This document shows positions 1 to 9,259 of a stretch of 64,000 nt of DNA, piece after piece (position 1 is the stretch's first letter; each line of letters opens with the position of its first letter). The notes beneath the pieces were generated by a model, which did not search any database, was not told the DNA's origin, and worked only from the letters and a program-made list of their open reading frames with translations. The position numbers were made by a program, and so were the translations under genes. This DNA is from Parcubacteria group bacterium (GTDB lineage: Bacteria; Patescibacteriota; Minisyncoccia; Moranbacterales; UBA2206), in NCBI GenBank assembly GCA_041661275.1, contig JBAZUU010000002.1:33206-97205 (forward strand), given 5' to 3'.

Positions 1-615
1 ATCTTCACGGGAAAATTTTATAGCGCTTCGTTTTATTTCTTCCAGAGAAAATATGTCGAAAATTTCTCCGGTAGTGACAATTATTTTATCCCCATCTTCA
101 AGGCGTCCGCTCACCACTTCCTGAAAAGTTTTGAGAGGATTAGGATCCTCATTCTCTCCTCCTTCACTGATGTTGACCAGCGCTTTGGAGCGCAGAAGAA
201 GAGCGCAGGCTGATCCAGTCTGGGTCAGGTGGATGTTATTTTTTTCAGTTACGGCGCAAATGGCATTGATTTTTCCGATCCAGCTGATATGATCATGCTC
301 GGCCAGTTTCGAAAGCGCCAAATTAGCTTTGTGGAGAGCGGCTTCAAAACTTTCGATCGTTCCACGTTTAACATTGGAAAAAAATTCTTTTTTGATAACA
401 GAAATAAGGTAGTTTACCACATAAGAGGAATCGGGAGATTCGTCATTTATTTCCAAGACGCCAAAAAGCGTGCCCAGATTTTGCTGGAAAACATTTTCCG
501 GTTCATGCACAAAAACTTCCATATATGGCCTGGCATTTTTGGGTTTGCAAACCAAAATTTCCCTGAAACTTGGCTCAAGGAAAACTATGTTTTTATCCGG
601 TTTTTTTCTGGACAT
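1..615 (-). CDS. Hypothetical protein, 3'-partial in window (runs off the left edge). Possibly PP2C/SpoIIE-like, uncertain.
   Basis: Manual reverse translation from ATG (complement of 613-615) gives an open frame to position 1: MSRKKPDKNIVFLEPSFREILVCKP...QQNLGTLFGVLEINDESPDSSY... The listed + ORF 229..717 is its antisense shadow. Confidence 0.35.
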   Translation of the reverse strand, partial: MSRKKPDKNIVFLEPSFREILVCKPKNARPYMEVFVHEPENVFQQNLGTLFGVLEINDESPDSSYVVNYLISVIKKEFFSNVKRGTIESFEAALHKANLALSKLAEHDHISWIGKINAICAVTEKNNIHLTQTGSACALLLRSKALVNISEGGENEDPNPLKTFQEVVSGRLEDGDKIIVTTGEIFDIFSLEEIKRSAIKFSRED

Positions 616-737
616 AGTGTTTGTTCCATTATAGCAATAAATGCAAAGATAGGAAAGCGGGCGGAAAGTCTAACGGCCATATTTCCTTGGCAATTCAGGA
701 TAAACTTGGTAGAGTAAATAGTAGCAATATCCTTAGG

Positions 738-813
738 CCGCGTTCGTCTAGTCCGGTCCAGGACGCCAGGTTCTCATCCTGGAAATCATGGGTTCAAATC
801 CCATACGCGGTAC
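738..813 (+). tRNA. tRNA-Glu, anticodon CUC
   Basis: Cloverleaf read by eye: acceptor GCCGCGT/ACGCGGT, D-arm GTCT-AGTCCGGTCCA-GGAC (Glu-like TCTAG..GGAC), anticodon stem CCAGG/CCTGG with loop TTCTCAT, T-arm ATGGG-TTCAAAT-CCCAT. CCA is not encoded. Confidence 0.75.
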
Positions 814-868
814 AGAAAATTATATCAAGAAAATTGTATTAAATGATGCGATATGCTAAAATAATCCT

Positions 869-1168
869 ATGAATATCGAAGAAATCAAGCAAAAAATTAC
901 CCCCGTTCTCGACCGCTATGGTGTCAAGCGAGCGGATGTTTTTGGTAGTGTGGCGCGCGGGGAAGAACGGTCTAATAGTGACATTGATATTTTGGTAGAA
1001 TTTAAGAAGGCTCCCAGTCTTGTTCGTTTCATCAAGATGGAAAATGAGTTGCAGGAGGTTTTGAATAAAAAAGTGGACATTGTTGTTAAGGGATCGGAAA
1101 AACCTCTAATTCGACCCTTTATTTATAAAGATCTAGTCAACTTATATGAACAGAGACTTGCAATATAG
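869..1168 (+). CDS. mntA: Minimal nucleotidyltransferase (MntA-type antitoxin)
   Basis: GSVARGEERSNSDIDILVEF matches the GSxxRGxxxxxSDIDxxV nucleotidyltransferase motif. ~100 aa. Overlaps the downstream HepT gene. Confidence 0.75.
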   Translation: MNIEEIKQKITPVLDRYGVKRADVFGSVARGEERSNSDIDILVEFKKAPSLVRFIKMENELQEVLNKKVDIVVKGSEKPLIRPFIYKDLVNLYEQRLAI

Positions 1169-1472
1169 GCAGGATATTCTGGAAGCCATAGAAAAAATTT
1201 GGCATACCGTGGAAAATATGAGTTACGATGATTTTTTGCGAAACGTGGACGCATACGATGCGTGCGTTCGTCGCTTGGAGATTATCGGTGAAGCCGTGAA
1301 AAGACTCTCCCCAGAGTTGAAAACTACGAAATCGCATATTCCCTGGAAGGAAATTGCCGGTTTTCGCGATAAAGCCATACACGACTATGCCAGCTTAAAC
1401 ACATCAATTGTCTGGGAAACTATAAAAAATGATCTACTATCTTTGTATCAGGTGCTAAAGCAGGATAAATAA
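1146..1472 (+). CDS. hepT: HepT (HEPN/DUF86) toxin of a HepT/MntA type VII toxin-antitoxin pair
   Basis: C-terminal RDKAIHDY fits the HEPN Rx4-6H motif. ~108 aa. 23-nt overlap with mntA. Confidence 0.75.
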   Translation: MNRDLQYRQDILEAIEKIWHTVENMSYDDFLRNVDAYDACVRRLEIIGEAVKRLSPELKTTKSHIPWKEIAGFRDKAIHDYASLNTSIVWETIKNDLLSLYQVLKQDK

Positions 1473-1676
1473 TTTGATTATGGTCACCGAAGTCAGCGCT
1501 TGAATCGCTGTTTTTTGTTTGCTCCGGACGCAAAATCGCGCGACTTCGGCGGAGCGGAAGATTTGATAAAAAAGACATATTTTGATACTATTTCGAATAT
1601 GGAAATCAGGATAGTGAGCTTGCTAAAGTTTAATAGTATCGATTTATAACGATAGATAATTTACGAAATAACTTTT

Positions 1677-2750
1677 ATGGAAGCTATTGAACTTCTCGAA
1701 AAATATAAAAAACGGGTGGATGCGCGGCTAAAAGAGTATTTTGCCAAAAAAGTCAAAGAAGCGCGCCAGAATAATTACCTGACAAAGGAGGCGATAAAGA
1801 TGATCGCTGATTTTACCATGAAGGGTGGAAAAAGGATCCGACCGGCAATTGTTTATTATGCCTATCTCGCCAGTGGCGGAAAAGATGAGGAAAAAATCGT
1901 CGATGTTTCTATGAGTATAGAGCTGACCCACACTTTTCTTCTTATTCACGATGACATAATCGACAAAGACGAGAGGCGGCACGGCGGATCAACTATTCAT
2001 GAACAGTATAAGAAAATAGGAAAACGGCTGAATCGCAAAAAAGACGAAGTCCATTTTGGAAACTCCATGGCCATGCTGGCTGGCGATATGGCGGCGGCTA
2101 TGGCTAATGAAATAATTTTCGGGAGCACATTCGCGCCGGAAATAATCATCAAAGCCCTTGATCAGCTACGGAAAATTGTCTACACCATCGTTCCGGGAGA
2201 AATGCTGGATGTGGTTTTGGAAACTCGCGGCAATGCCACAGAAAAAGAGATCCTGGATATGTATCAGGGAAAAACTTCCAGCTATAGTTTTGAAGGTCCC
2301 TTGCATCTTGGAACCGTTTTTGCCGGAGCGGAAGGAAAGAAGATTTTTGCCAATTATTCCCGGTACGCTTCACCTCTCGGCAAAGCATTTCAAATCAGAG
2401 ACGATATTTTGGGAGTTTATGGTGACGAGAAAAAAATAGGGAAACCGGTAGGATCGGATATCATTGAGGGAAAACAAACTTTAATTATCATAAAAGCGCT
2501 TGAACTAGGAGATAGAGAACAAAAAGAAGTTATCAACAAATACCTGGGCAAAAAAGATCTGACAAAAAAAGAATTAGAAAAAATTAGGGAGATCATTGAA
2601 AAAACAGGATCCTTGGAATATTCTCAAAAATTATGTCAGAAATTAATAGGTGAATCTTTAGAGGCGCTCAAAAAAATAGATATCAAAAACCAGGAAGCGC
2701 GCATTTTTTTGGAAGGGATTGCTCAATATATGGTAAAGAGGGAAAAATGA
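1677..2750 (+). CDS. Polyprenyl diphosphate synthase (IspA/GGPPS family)
   Basis: First Asp-rich motif LIHDDIIDKDERRHG and second motif FQIRDDILGVYGD...GKPVGSD. Confidence 0.85.
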   Translation: MEAIELLEKYKKRVDARLKEYFAKKVKEARQNNYLTKEAIKMIADFTMKGGKRIRPAIVYYAYLASGGKDEEKIVDVSMSIELTHTFLLIHDDIIDKDERRHGGSTIHEQYKKIGKRLNRKKDEVHFGNSMAMLAGDMAAAMANEIIFGSTFAPEIIIKALDQLRKIVYTIVPGEMLDVVLETRGNATEKEILDMYQGKTSSYSFEGPLHLGTVFAGAEGKKIFANYSRYASPLGKAFQIRDDILGVYGDEKKIGKPVGSDIIEGKQTLIIIKALELGDREQKEVINKYLGKKDLTKKELEKIREIIEKTGSLEYSQKLCQKLIGESLEALKKIDIKNQEARIFLEGIAQYMVKREK

Positions 2751-2832
2751 GCCCCGTTAGAAACAAACACATATTTTCTTATCTAAAAATTTAATTAATA
2801 GCATATAACAATATTGTTTAAAATAATGTTTT

Positions 2833-3252
2833 GTGTTTATTTCTAACGGGGTGAAACAAGTCATTGTTTTTGGAACTTTTGATATCTTTCACAAAGGACA
2901 TATGAGTTTTTTGCGCCAGGCTAAAAAATATGGCGACTTTTTATTGGTGGTCATTGCGAGAGATAGGATTGTCAAAAAAGTAAAAAGGAAATTACCCAGG
3001 AATAATGAAAAAAATCGGCTAAAAACAGTGGAGAATTCAGGATTAGCGGATGAGGTGGTTCTTGGACATCTGCGCGATATGTACGCTTTTATTAAAAAAT
3101 ATAAGCCTGATGTGATAGCCTTAGGCTACGACCAGACGGCCTTTGTGGATAAATTGGAAGAAAAACTTTTGTCCATGGATATGAAAAGTGTTAGAATTAT
3201 AAGGCTGAAAAGCTATCGGCCGAACATATATAAATCCTCTAAATTGATTTGA
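2833..3252 (+). CDS. Cytidylyltransferase-like nucleotidyltransferase (RibL/TagD-like, HxGH family)
   Basis: VFGTFDIFHKGHMSFL contains GxFDxxHxGH. True start probably internal to the listed ORF. Confidence 0.6.
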   Translation: MFISNGVKQVIVFGTFDIFHKGHMSFLRQAKKYGDFLLVVIARDRIVKKVKRKLPRNNEKNRLKTVENSGLADEVVLGHLRDMYAFIKKYKPDVIALGYDQTAFVDKLEEKLLSMDMKSVRIIRLKSYRPNIYKSSKLI

Positions 3253-3355
3253 TTATTTTTATAAATTAAGTTAACATTCATTTGATTGCCGGAATATCCG
3301 GTTTGTTGATGTTTTATTTTTGGGATATTATTTCTTTTTTTAATATTTTCATACT

Positions 3356-4069
3356 ATGGAAAAAGAACTGGAAAATGTGCCAGCTCACGTAGCGATCATT
3401 CCCGATGGCAACCGCCGCTGGGCGAGAGGCAAGGGAATGAAGCCGTGGGAAGGGCACGAAGTGGGAGCGAAAAATTTTGAAGTTCTGATAAAGCATTCGC
3501 TTAAAAAAGGCATAAAGTGTCTGACTATTTGGGGTTCGTCCATAGACAATCTGACTAAACGTCCATTTGATGAAAAGCGGGCCCTTCTTGATATATATAG
3601 TCGGTATTTTAAAAGGCTGTTGGATGGCAACGAGATCCATGAAAATGAAGTGCAAGTGAATGTCATTGGTCGGTGGGAAGAACAGTTTCCGGAGTCGCTC
3701 AAAAAAATAATCTATGAAGCCATGGAAAAAACCAGGCACTACAAGAAAAGGATGCTTAATTTTCTTTTGGCTTACAGTGGAACTGATGAAATGATTTTGG
3801 CAATCGAGTGTATTAGCAGCAAGTATGAAAAAGGCGTGAAAATTACGCCGGAGCTGATAAAGGAAAACCTTATGACCAGGGGTTTACCACCGGTCGACTA
3901 TTTGGTGCGTACCGGTGGAGAACCGCATAACAGCACAGGATTTATGATGTGGGATATCGCTGACGCTCAATACTATTTCTCGCCCGAACTTTTTCCGGAC
4001 TTTGATGACAAAAAATATGAAGAAGCGTTGGAAGAATACGCGAGACGTCAGAGGAGATTTGGAGGCTGA
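3356..4069 (+). CDS. uppS: Undecaprenyl diphosphate synthase (cis-prenyltransferase)
   Basis: HVAIIPDGNRRWA signature and overall UppS-like sequence. Confidence 0.9.
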   Translation: MEKELENVPAHVAIIPDGNRRWARGKGMKPWEGHEVGAKNFEVLIKHSLKKGIKCLTIWGSSIDNLTKRPFDEKRALLDIYSRYFKRLLDGNEIHENEVQVNVIGRWEEQFPESLKKIIYEAMEKTRHYKKRMLNFLLAYSGTDEMILAIECISSKYEKGVKITPELIKENLMTRGLPPVDYLVRTGGEPHNSTGFMMWDIADAQYYFSPELFPDFDDKKYEEALEEYARRQRRFGG

Positions 4070-4185
4070 ATAAAATTTTCAATTTGAAATTTTAAATTTA
4101 AAATCAAATCTTAATTTAAAATTTTAAATTAAATCATTAAAAATTTATTTCAAATTTCAAATTAAAAATTTAAAATTTTAATCAC

Positions 4186-4500
4186 ATGGCTCAAGAATTT
4201 ACAGACAATAACTTCGAACAAGAGGTATTAAAATCAGAAAAACCCGTTCTTGTCGACTTCTGGGCGCCTTGGTGTGGCCCATGTCAGGTCATGGGGCCGA
4301 TAATAGAAGAACTAGCCAGAGAAGTCGAAGGAAAAATAAAAATCGGAAAAATGAATGTTGATGAAAACCCCCGCATTGCTGAAGAATACGCGATTATGTC
4401 CATACCATCTCTCAAAGTTTTCAAAGGTGGAAAAGTGGTAAGGGAATTTGTCGGGTTGCAAGCCAAGGAAACGCTCAAAGAAGAATTAAATAAGATATGA
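4186..4500 (+). CDS. trxA: Thioredoxin
   Basis: WAPWCGPCQ active site. 104 aa. Confidence 0.9.
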   Translation: MAQEFTDNNFEQEVLKSEKPVLVDFWAPWCGPCQVMGPIIEELAREVEGKIKIGKMNVDENPRIAEEYAIMSIPSLKVFKGGKVVREFVGLQAKETLKEELNKI

Positions 4501-5417
4501 ACGAAATTTACGATCTAATAATCATTGGCGCGGGACCGGCCGGTTTTGCTGCGTCTATTTATGCTGCGCGCTACAAACTAAACCATTTGATTTTTGGCAC
4601 TACAGCGGGTGGTCAGATTTCAGAAATTCATAACCTGGAAAATTATCCCGGCATTTTGAAAATTTCCGGCGCCGAGCTTATTGCCAAACTCAATGAACAG
4701 ATAGAAAATCTGGGTGTGCGGCTGACCAAAGAATCTGTTTCTGCCATCACAAAGAACGGCGATGTTTTTACCGTTGAAACAACCGGAAAAAAATACCAGT
4801 CTCGTGCGATAATCCTGGCTATGGGGACGGAATACAAGAAAATCAATATTCCCGGAGAAAAAGAATTTACGGGGAGAGGAGTTTCGTATTGTCCAACTTG
4901 CGACGCGTTTTTCTTTCGCAATAAAACCGTTTGCGTCTTGGGCGGAGCCAATAGCGCGGCTTCTGCGGCATTGGAGCTGGCCGAAGTGGCGGAAAAAGTA
5001 TATATGATTTTTCGCCGCGACAAAATGACTGCTGAACCTATGTGGGTGGAAAAAATTATGAATCATTCCAAAATTGAGCTCGTGAGTGGAACGAATGTCA
5101 TTGAAATAAAGGGGGATAAAAAAGTAGAAAAGGTGATTTTAGATAAGGCCAAAGGTGACCAGAATCATCTTGATGTGGACGGAGTTTTTGTAGAAGTCGG
5201 ATCCGATCCAGGAGCTGCTCTGGCTACTAAATTGGGTGTCAAAACAGATGAAGATAACTACATCATCGTCAATCCTGATATGAGTACCAATATCCCTGGC
5301 ATATACGCTGCTGGCGACATCACTACCGGTTCCAACAAATTCCGCCAGATCGTCACCGCCACCGCCGAAGGCGCGATCGCTGCTGCGAGTGTGTATAAGC
5401 TTTTGAAGTTAAAGTAA
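4497..5417 (+). CDS. trxB: Thioredoxin reductase
   Basis: IIGAGPAGFAASIYAAR FAD motif, redox-active CPTCD, AGDIT. Confidence 0.9.
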   Translation: MNEIYDLIIIGAGPAGFAASIYAARYKLNHLIFGTTAGGQISEIHNLENYPGILKISGAELIAKLNEQIENLGVRLTKESVSAITKNGDVFTVETTGKKYQSRAIILAMGTEYKKINIPGEKEFTGRGVSYCPTCDAFFFRNKTVCVLGGANSAASAALELAEVAEKVYMIFRRDKMTAEPMWVEKIMNHSKIELVSGTNVIEIKGDKKVEKVILDKAKGDQNHLDVDGVFVEVGSDPGAALATKLGVKTDEDNYIIVNPDMSTNIPGIYAAGDITTGSNKFRQIVTATAEGAIAAASVYKLLKLK

Positions 5418-5423
5418 AAACGT

Positions 5424-5497
5424 CTTCCTCCTCTCCCTTCGGGAGAGGATGTCAGCCAAATTTTTTCTTAAAAATTTTGGCTGACAGGAGAGGGGAC
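5424..5497. repeat. GC-hairpin palindromic repeat unit (family 1): CCTCTCCC-loop-GGGAGAGG, then a TGTCA...TGACA hairpin, then GGAGAGGG
   Basis: cctctcccttcgggagagg hairpin followed by tgtcagccaaa...tttggctgaca hairpin and ggagagggg. Near-identical units are at 9663-9726 and (in inverted orientation) 26625-26673. Confidence 0.7.
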
Positions 5498-6667
5498 TCG
5501 CCAATACATATAAAACCTATGAAAAGTCAAGTAAAAAAGACAGAGCATCCATCCATCCTGCTCTCAAAAAAACTCGGAGGGAAAGTGGAAATTAGAAGCA
5601 AAGTTAAACTAACAAAAGATAATTTAAAGGTTTTGTATACTCCGGGTGTGGCGGAGGTTTCCAAAGCTATCGCCAAGGATAAGAAACTTTCGAAAATTTA
5701 TACCATTCGCAAAAATACCATTGCTGTCATTTCTGATGGCAGCGCGGTGCTTGGTCTTGGTAACATCGGACCGGAAGCAGCTATGCCAGTTATGGAAGGA
5801 AAGTCACTGTTATTTAAAGAATTAGGCAATGTTGATGCTTTTCCCATTGTTCTTAATACTCAGGATACGGAAGAAATAATAAAAATAGTAAAAGCCTTGG
5901 AACCGAGTTTTGGCGGGATAAATTTGGAAGATATTTCCGCGCCAAGATGTTTTGAGATCGAAGAACGTCTCAAAAAAGAAATGAATATTCCTGTCATGCA
6001 TGACGACCAGCATGCCACAGCGGTAGTGATTTTGGCCGGGCTTATCAATGCTTTGAAAGTGGTGAAAAAGGATATTAAAAATATAAAAATAGTTATTTCC
6101 GGAGTCGGAGCGGCTGGAATCGCTACGGCCAAACTTCTTTTGAAATATGGAGCGAAAAATATAATAATGGTCGATTCTTCCGGAACTATATATAAAGGCC
6201 GGGACAATATGAATCCGGTAAAAGTTAAATTAGCAGTGATAACAAATAAAGGCATGATTAAGGGTGGCGTACGCGACGCACTGAAAAATTCCGATGTTTT
6301 TATCGGTCTTTCCGCGCCTAACATTTTGACTGAAGAAGACATCAGATGTATGAATAAGGACGCGATCGTTTTTGCCATGGCCAATCCTGTTCCGGAGATT
6401 ATGCCGGAGAGAGCCAAGGCTGGCGGAGCCAGAATTATTGCTACTGGCCGTTCTGACTATCCCAATCAGATCAATAATGTCCTGGTCTTCCCGGGAATTT
6501 TTAGAGGAGCGCTCGACAATAATATCAAAAAAATTACTGATAATCATAAACTTGCGGCCGCTCGCGCTATTGCCGGATTGATAAAAAAACCAAAGAGTAG
6601 TAAAATAATACCAGAAGCATTGGATCCACGAGTAATGAAAGCTGTGGCACGCGTGTTTAAAAGATAA
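5477..6667 (+). CDS. NAD(P)-dependent malic enzyme (small type)
   Basis: YTPGVAEV, ISDGSAVLGLGNIGPEAAMPVMEGK, ISGVGAAGIA Rossmann motif. Listed start is TTG inside the repeat; the real start is probably ATG at 5519 (MKSQVKK). Confidence 0.85.
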   Translation: MADRRGDSPIHIKPMKSQVKKTEHPSILLSKKLGGKVEIRSKVKLTKDNLKVLYTPGVAEVSKAIAKDKKLSKIYTIRKNTIAVISDGSAVLGLGNIGPEAAMPVMEGKSLLFKELGNVDAFPIVLNTQDTEEIIKIVKALEPSFGGINLEDISAPRCFEIEERLKKEMNIPVMHDDQHATAVVILAGLINALKVVKKDIKNIKIVISGVGAAGIATAKLLLKYGAKNIIMVDSSGTIYKGRDNMNPVKVKLAVITNKGMIKGGVRDALKNSDVFIGLSAPNILTEEDIRCMNKDAIVFAMANPVPEIMPERAKAGGARIIATGRSDYPNQINNVLVFPGIFRGALDNNIKKITDNHKLAAARAIAGLIKKPKSSKIIPEALDPRVMKAVARVFKR

Positions 6668-6671
6668 AAAA

Positions 6672-7112
6672 ATGAAAATACATAGAAAAAAAATAGAAAT
6701 AAAAAGTACGGCGCAGATAGAATTTTTGGATATCACCGAAAAAGTCAATGAAGTAGTTGCTGATTCCGGCATCCGCGAAGGGCAAGTGACTATCTATTCT
6801 CCCCACACAACGGCGAGTGTTATGATCAACCACAACGAAACGATGCTCCTTCAGGATTTTATGCGGACGCTATATAAATTAGTGCCAATTTCTGACCGCT
6901 ATTCGCACGACCTTTTTGAACTTAACCGCGAAAAAGCTTCGGACGGCAGGAGTAACGGCCATTCCCATTGCAAGGCGATACTTCTTTCTGCCAGCGAAAA
7001 TATTCCGATCGAAAAAGGACATATGATACTTTCTCCAACGCAAAGCGTATTCGTGGTAGAGATGGATGGAGCGAGAACCCGCGACATTGTCGTTCAGGTT
7101 ATGGGGTTATAA
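6672..7112 (+). CDS. YjbQ/UPF0047 family protein
   Basis: SPHTTASVMINHNE...LFELNREKASDGRSNGHSHCKA resembles the YjbQ family. Confidence 0.7.
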   Translation: MKIHRKKIEIKSTAQIEFLDITEKVNEVVADSGIREGQVTIYSPHTTASVMINHNETMLLQDFMRTLYKLVPISDRYSHDLFELNREKASDGRSNGHSHCKAILLSASENIPIEKGHMILSPTQSVFVVEMDGARTRDIVVQVMGL

Positions 7113-7746
7113 CAAATTTATGAGTAAGCTGGTTAATGAGTTGATAAAACAGGGATATCTTAAGTCCGACCTGATTATTGACGCCTTTTCTGAGATCAGC
7201 CGGGTTGAATTTGTTCCGCATGAATTGGAAAAGGAAGCAGAAGCGAACATCGCCCTCCCTATCGGTTATGGGCAAACCATTTCTCAGCCATTGACAGTGG
7301 CGTTTATGCTGGAACTTCTTGATCCAAAAAGAAGCCAAAATGTCCTGGACATTGGTTCCGGTTCTGGCTGGACAACCGCCCTTCTTTGCTATATAGTTGG
7401 GCGACATGGAAAAGTTACGGCTATTGAGCGAAAAGAGGAGCTTAAAAAAATGGGAGAAAAAAATACCGATAAATATGGATATCTCCGAAACGGAAAAGAT
7501 GGCATCGCTGAATTTTTTGTAGGCGATGGGACAAAAGGATTCAAAAAAAACGCGCCGTATGATAGGATTCTTGTATCTGCTTCGACTGAATGCGTCCCCA
7601 ACGATCTCAAAGAACAATTAAAAGTTGGAGGAAAGATGGTTGTCCCGCTTCGTCATAGTATTTGGTATATGGAGAAGAAAGGGGATAATGATTTTTACAA
7701 AGAAGAATATCCTGGGTTTGAGTTTGTACCGCTCATCGAAGACTAA
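7066..7746 (+). CDS. pcm: Protein-L-isoaspartate O-methyltransferase
   Basis: GYGQTISQP, VLDIGSGSGW and PYDRI motifs. Probable true start at 7120 (MSKLVNEL). Confidence 0.8.
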   Translation: MEREPATLSFRLWGYNKFMSKLVNELIKQGYLKSDLIIDAFSEISRVEFVPHELEKEAEANIALPIGYGQTISQPLTVAFMLELLDPKRSQNVLDIGSGSGWTTALLCYIVGRHGKVTAIERKEELKKMGEKNTDKYGYLRNGKDGIAEFFVGDGTKGFKKNAPYDRILVSASTECVPNDLKEQLKVGGKMVVPLRHSIWYMEKKGDNDFYKEEYPGFEFVPLIED

Positions 7747-7854
7747 AATTTGTAATTAGAAATTTTTAATTTTTAATGAATTTCTAATTACTAAATTTTA
7801 AAATTTTAAATTCAATAAAAATTTCAAATTAAAAATTAAAAATTACGAGTAAGG

Positions 7855-8865
7855 ATGGCTAGGACACAAAAAATAATAATAGTATCAGTTTTGCTTCTAA
7901 TAGCTGTAGGAGCTTTTTTGTTTTTCCGCTACGAGGTCTATTATTCTCACGGCTCAAACAAGAAAACAGTGATTTTCAAGATAGAAAAAGGGGAGGGCAA
8001 TGGCCAGGTGGCCAAAAATCTCGAGCATGAAAAAATTGTTTCCGGGCAATGGTATTTCTACTATTATCTTCGCTCGCACGGAATGCTCAACAAGATCCTG
8101 CCTGGAGAATACGAGCTTTCCGGCAGCCTCACCATTCCGGAAATTGCCCAAACCATAACAACCAAGAAAGAAAAATTCGTCAAAGTCACTTTTCCAGAAG
8201 GCTGGGATTCGAAAAAGATGGCAGCGAGGCTTACGGAAAATAATCTTCCTGGCGATGAGTTTTTGAAATTAGTAAACGACCCAGGAGATCTCAAAAAAAG
8301 ATATGATTATCTTAATAACAACAATGTGACAACCCTGGAAGGTTTTCTTTTCCCTGATACTTATTTTTTCAAACCGGAAACTGAAGCCAAAAATATCGTC
8401 GGGCGGATGCTGGATACTTTTGACGAAAAAATAAATTCTGCAGGACTCCGAGGAAATTTGGCTGATAAAAATATAAAAATTAAAGACGCAGTTATTATGG
8501 CCAGTGTTTTGGAAGGGGAAGTGAAAAGCGAGGCGGATAGAAAAATAGTCAGCGGGATATTTTGGAAAAGGATCGATGCTGGAATGCCGCTACAAAGTTG
8601 CGCGACTCTGGCCTATATACTCGGAAAAAACAAAGATCAATATACGCTGGCCGACACCCAGGTGAAATCGCCGTATAACACATACACCAATAAAGGGCTT
8701 CCGCCCGGACCGATAAATAATCCGGGAATTATTACTCTTTCTGCCGCGGCCAATCCCCAAGATAGCCCGTATCTATTTTTTCTGACCGACCCGAAGACGG
8801 GGGAAACTATCTTTTCCAAAACTGCAGAAGAGCACAGTCAGAACAAGGCAAGAGTAGGGCTGTAA
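7855..8865 (+). CDS. mltG: Endolytic murein transglycosylase MltG (YceG-like)
   Basis: N-terminal transmembrane segment. FPEGW motif. YceG-like length and composition. Confidence 0.8.
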   Translation: MARTQKIIIVSVLLLIAVGAFLFFRYEVYYSHGSNKKTVIFKIEKGEGNGQVAKNLEHEKIVSGQWYFYYYLRSHGMLNKILPGEYELSGSLTIPEIAQTITTKKEKFVKVTFPEGWDSKKMAARLTENNLPGDEFLKLVNDPGDLKKRYDYLNNNNVTTLEGFLFPDTYFFKPETEAKNIVGRMLDTFDEKINSAGLRGNLADKNIKIKDAVIMASVLEGEVKSEADRKIVSGIFWKRIDAGMPLQSCATLAYILGKNKDQYTLADTQVKSPYNTYTNKGLPPGPINNPGIITLSAAANPQDSPYLFFLTDPKTGETIFSKTAEEHSQNKARVGL

Positions 8866-8904
8866 TTCCCTTTCCTAAAACCGGGTTTTAGGATTCTATA
8901 TAAT

Positions 8905-8936
8905 GCCGGTTGTCGTGCTTGACAACCGGCTTTTTA
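8905..8936 (+). terminator. Rho-independent terminator after mltG
   Basis: gccggttgtcgtgcttgacaaccggc stem followed by ttttta. Confidence 0.75.
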
Positions 8937-8995
8937 TTTGCTATAATGGACTATCGTAGTTTGAAAATTGGCAGGTGAATTGTGGCTTGTTTAAG

Positions 8996-9075
8996 CCCGG
9001 TGGCACAACTTTGTAATAACAGCTTAAGTCAAATATAGGGGCTTGCTAAATAAATTCTTAAGTTGTGCCACCGGG
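8996..9075. repeat. Perfect 16-bp inverted repeat (cccggtggcacaactt / aagttgtgccaccggg) enclosing 48 nt. MITE-like or structured leader.
   Basis: Exact reverse complement arms read directly in the sequence, between mltG and a small ORF. Confidence 0.6.
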
Positions 9076-9259
9076 TAAGCCATCTGGTCGACATATGCTT
9101 TTTACGGTTCTGTCCGTGAGTTCTGCTCAAAACTCCCTCCTTAGTTTTGCGCGGGTAAAAATGTATTTTTTTGTGATATTTCATGGAAAGATGCTACTCT
9201 TGCGGATGGAATTGTGAAAGGCATTTTTTAATCGACAACATTCATGAACATGAAGGAGT

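Noticed and set aside
229-717. 162-aa + strand ORF at the window start
   Set aside because: It is the antisense shadow of a longer, better-looking minus-strand frame (1..615) that I translated manually. No start context and an odd composition.
621-842. 73-aa + ORF
   Set aside because: Overlaps the tRNA-Glu gene almost entirely, so it is spurious.
5860-6417. Long antisense ORFs inside malic enzyme, SMC (31370..31903), dnaX and elsewhere
   Set aside because: They lie entirely within stronger, motif-bearing genes on the opposite strand and have biased low-complexity composition.
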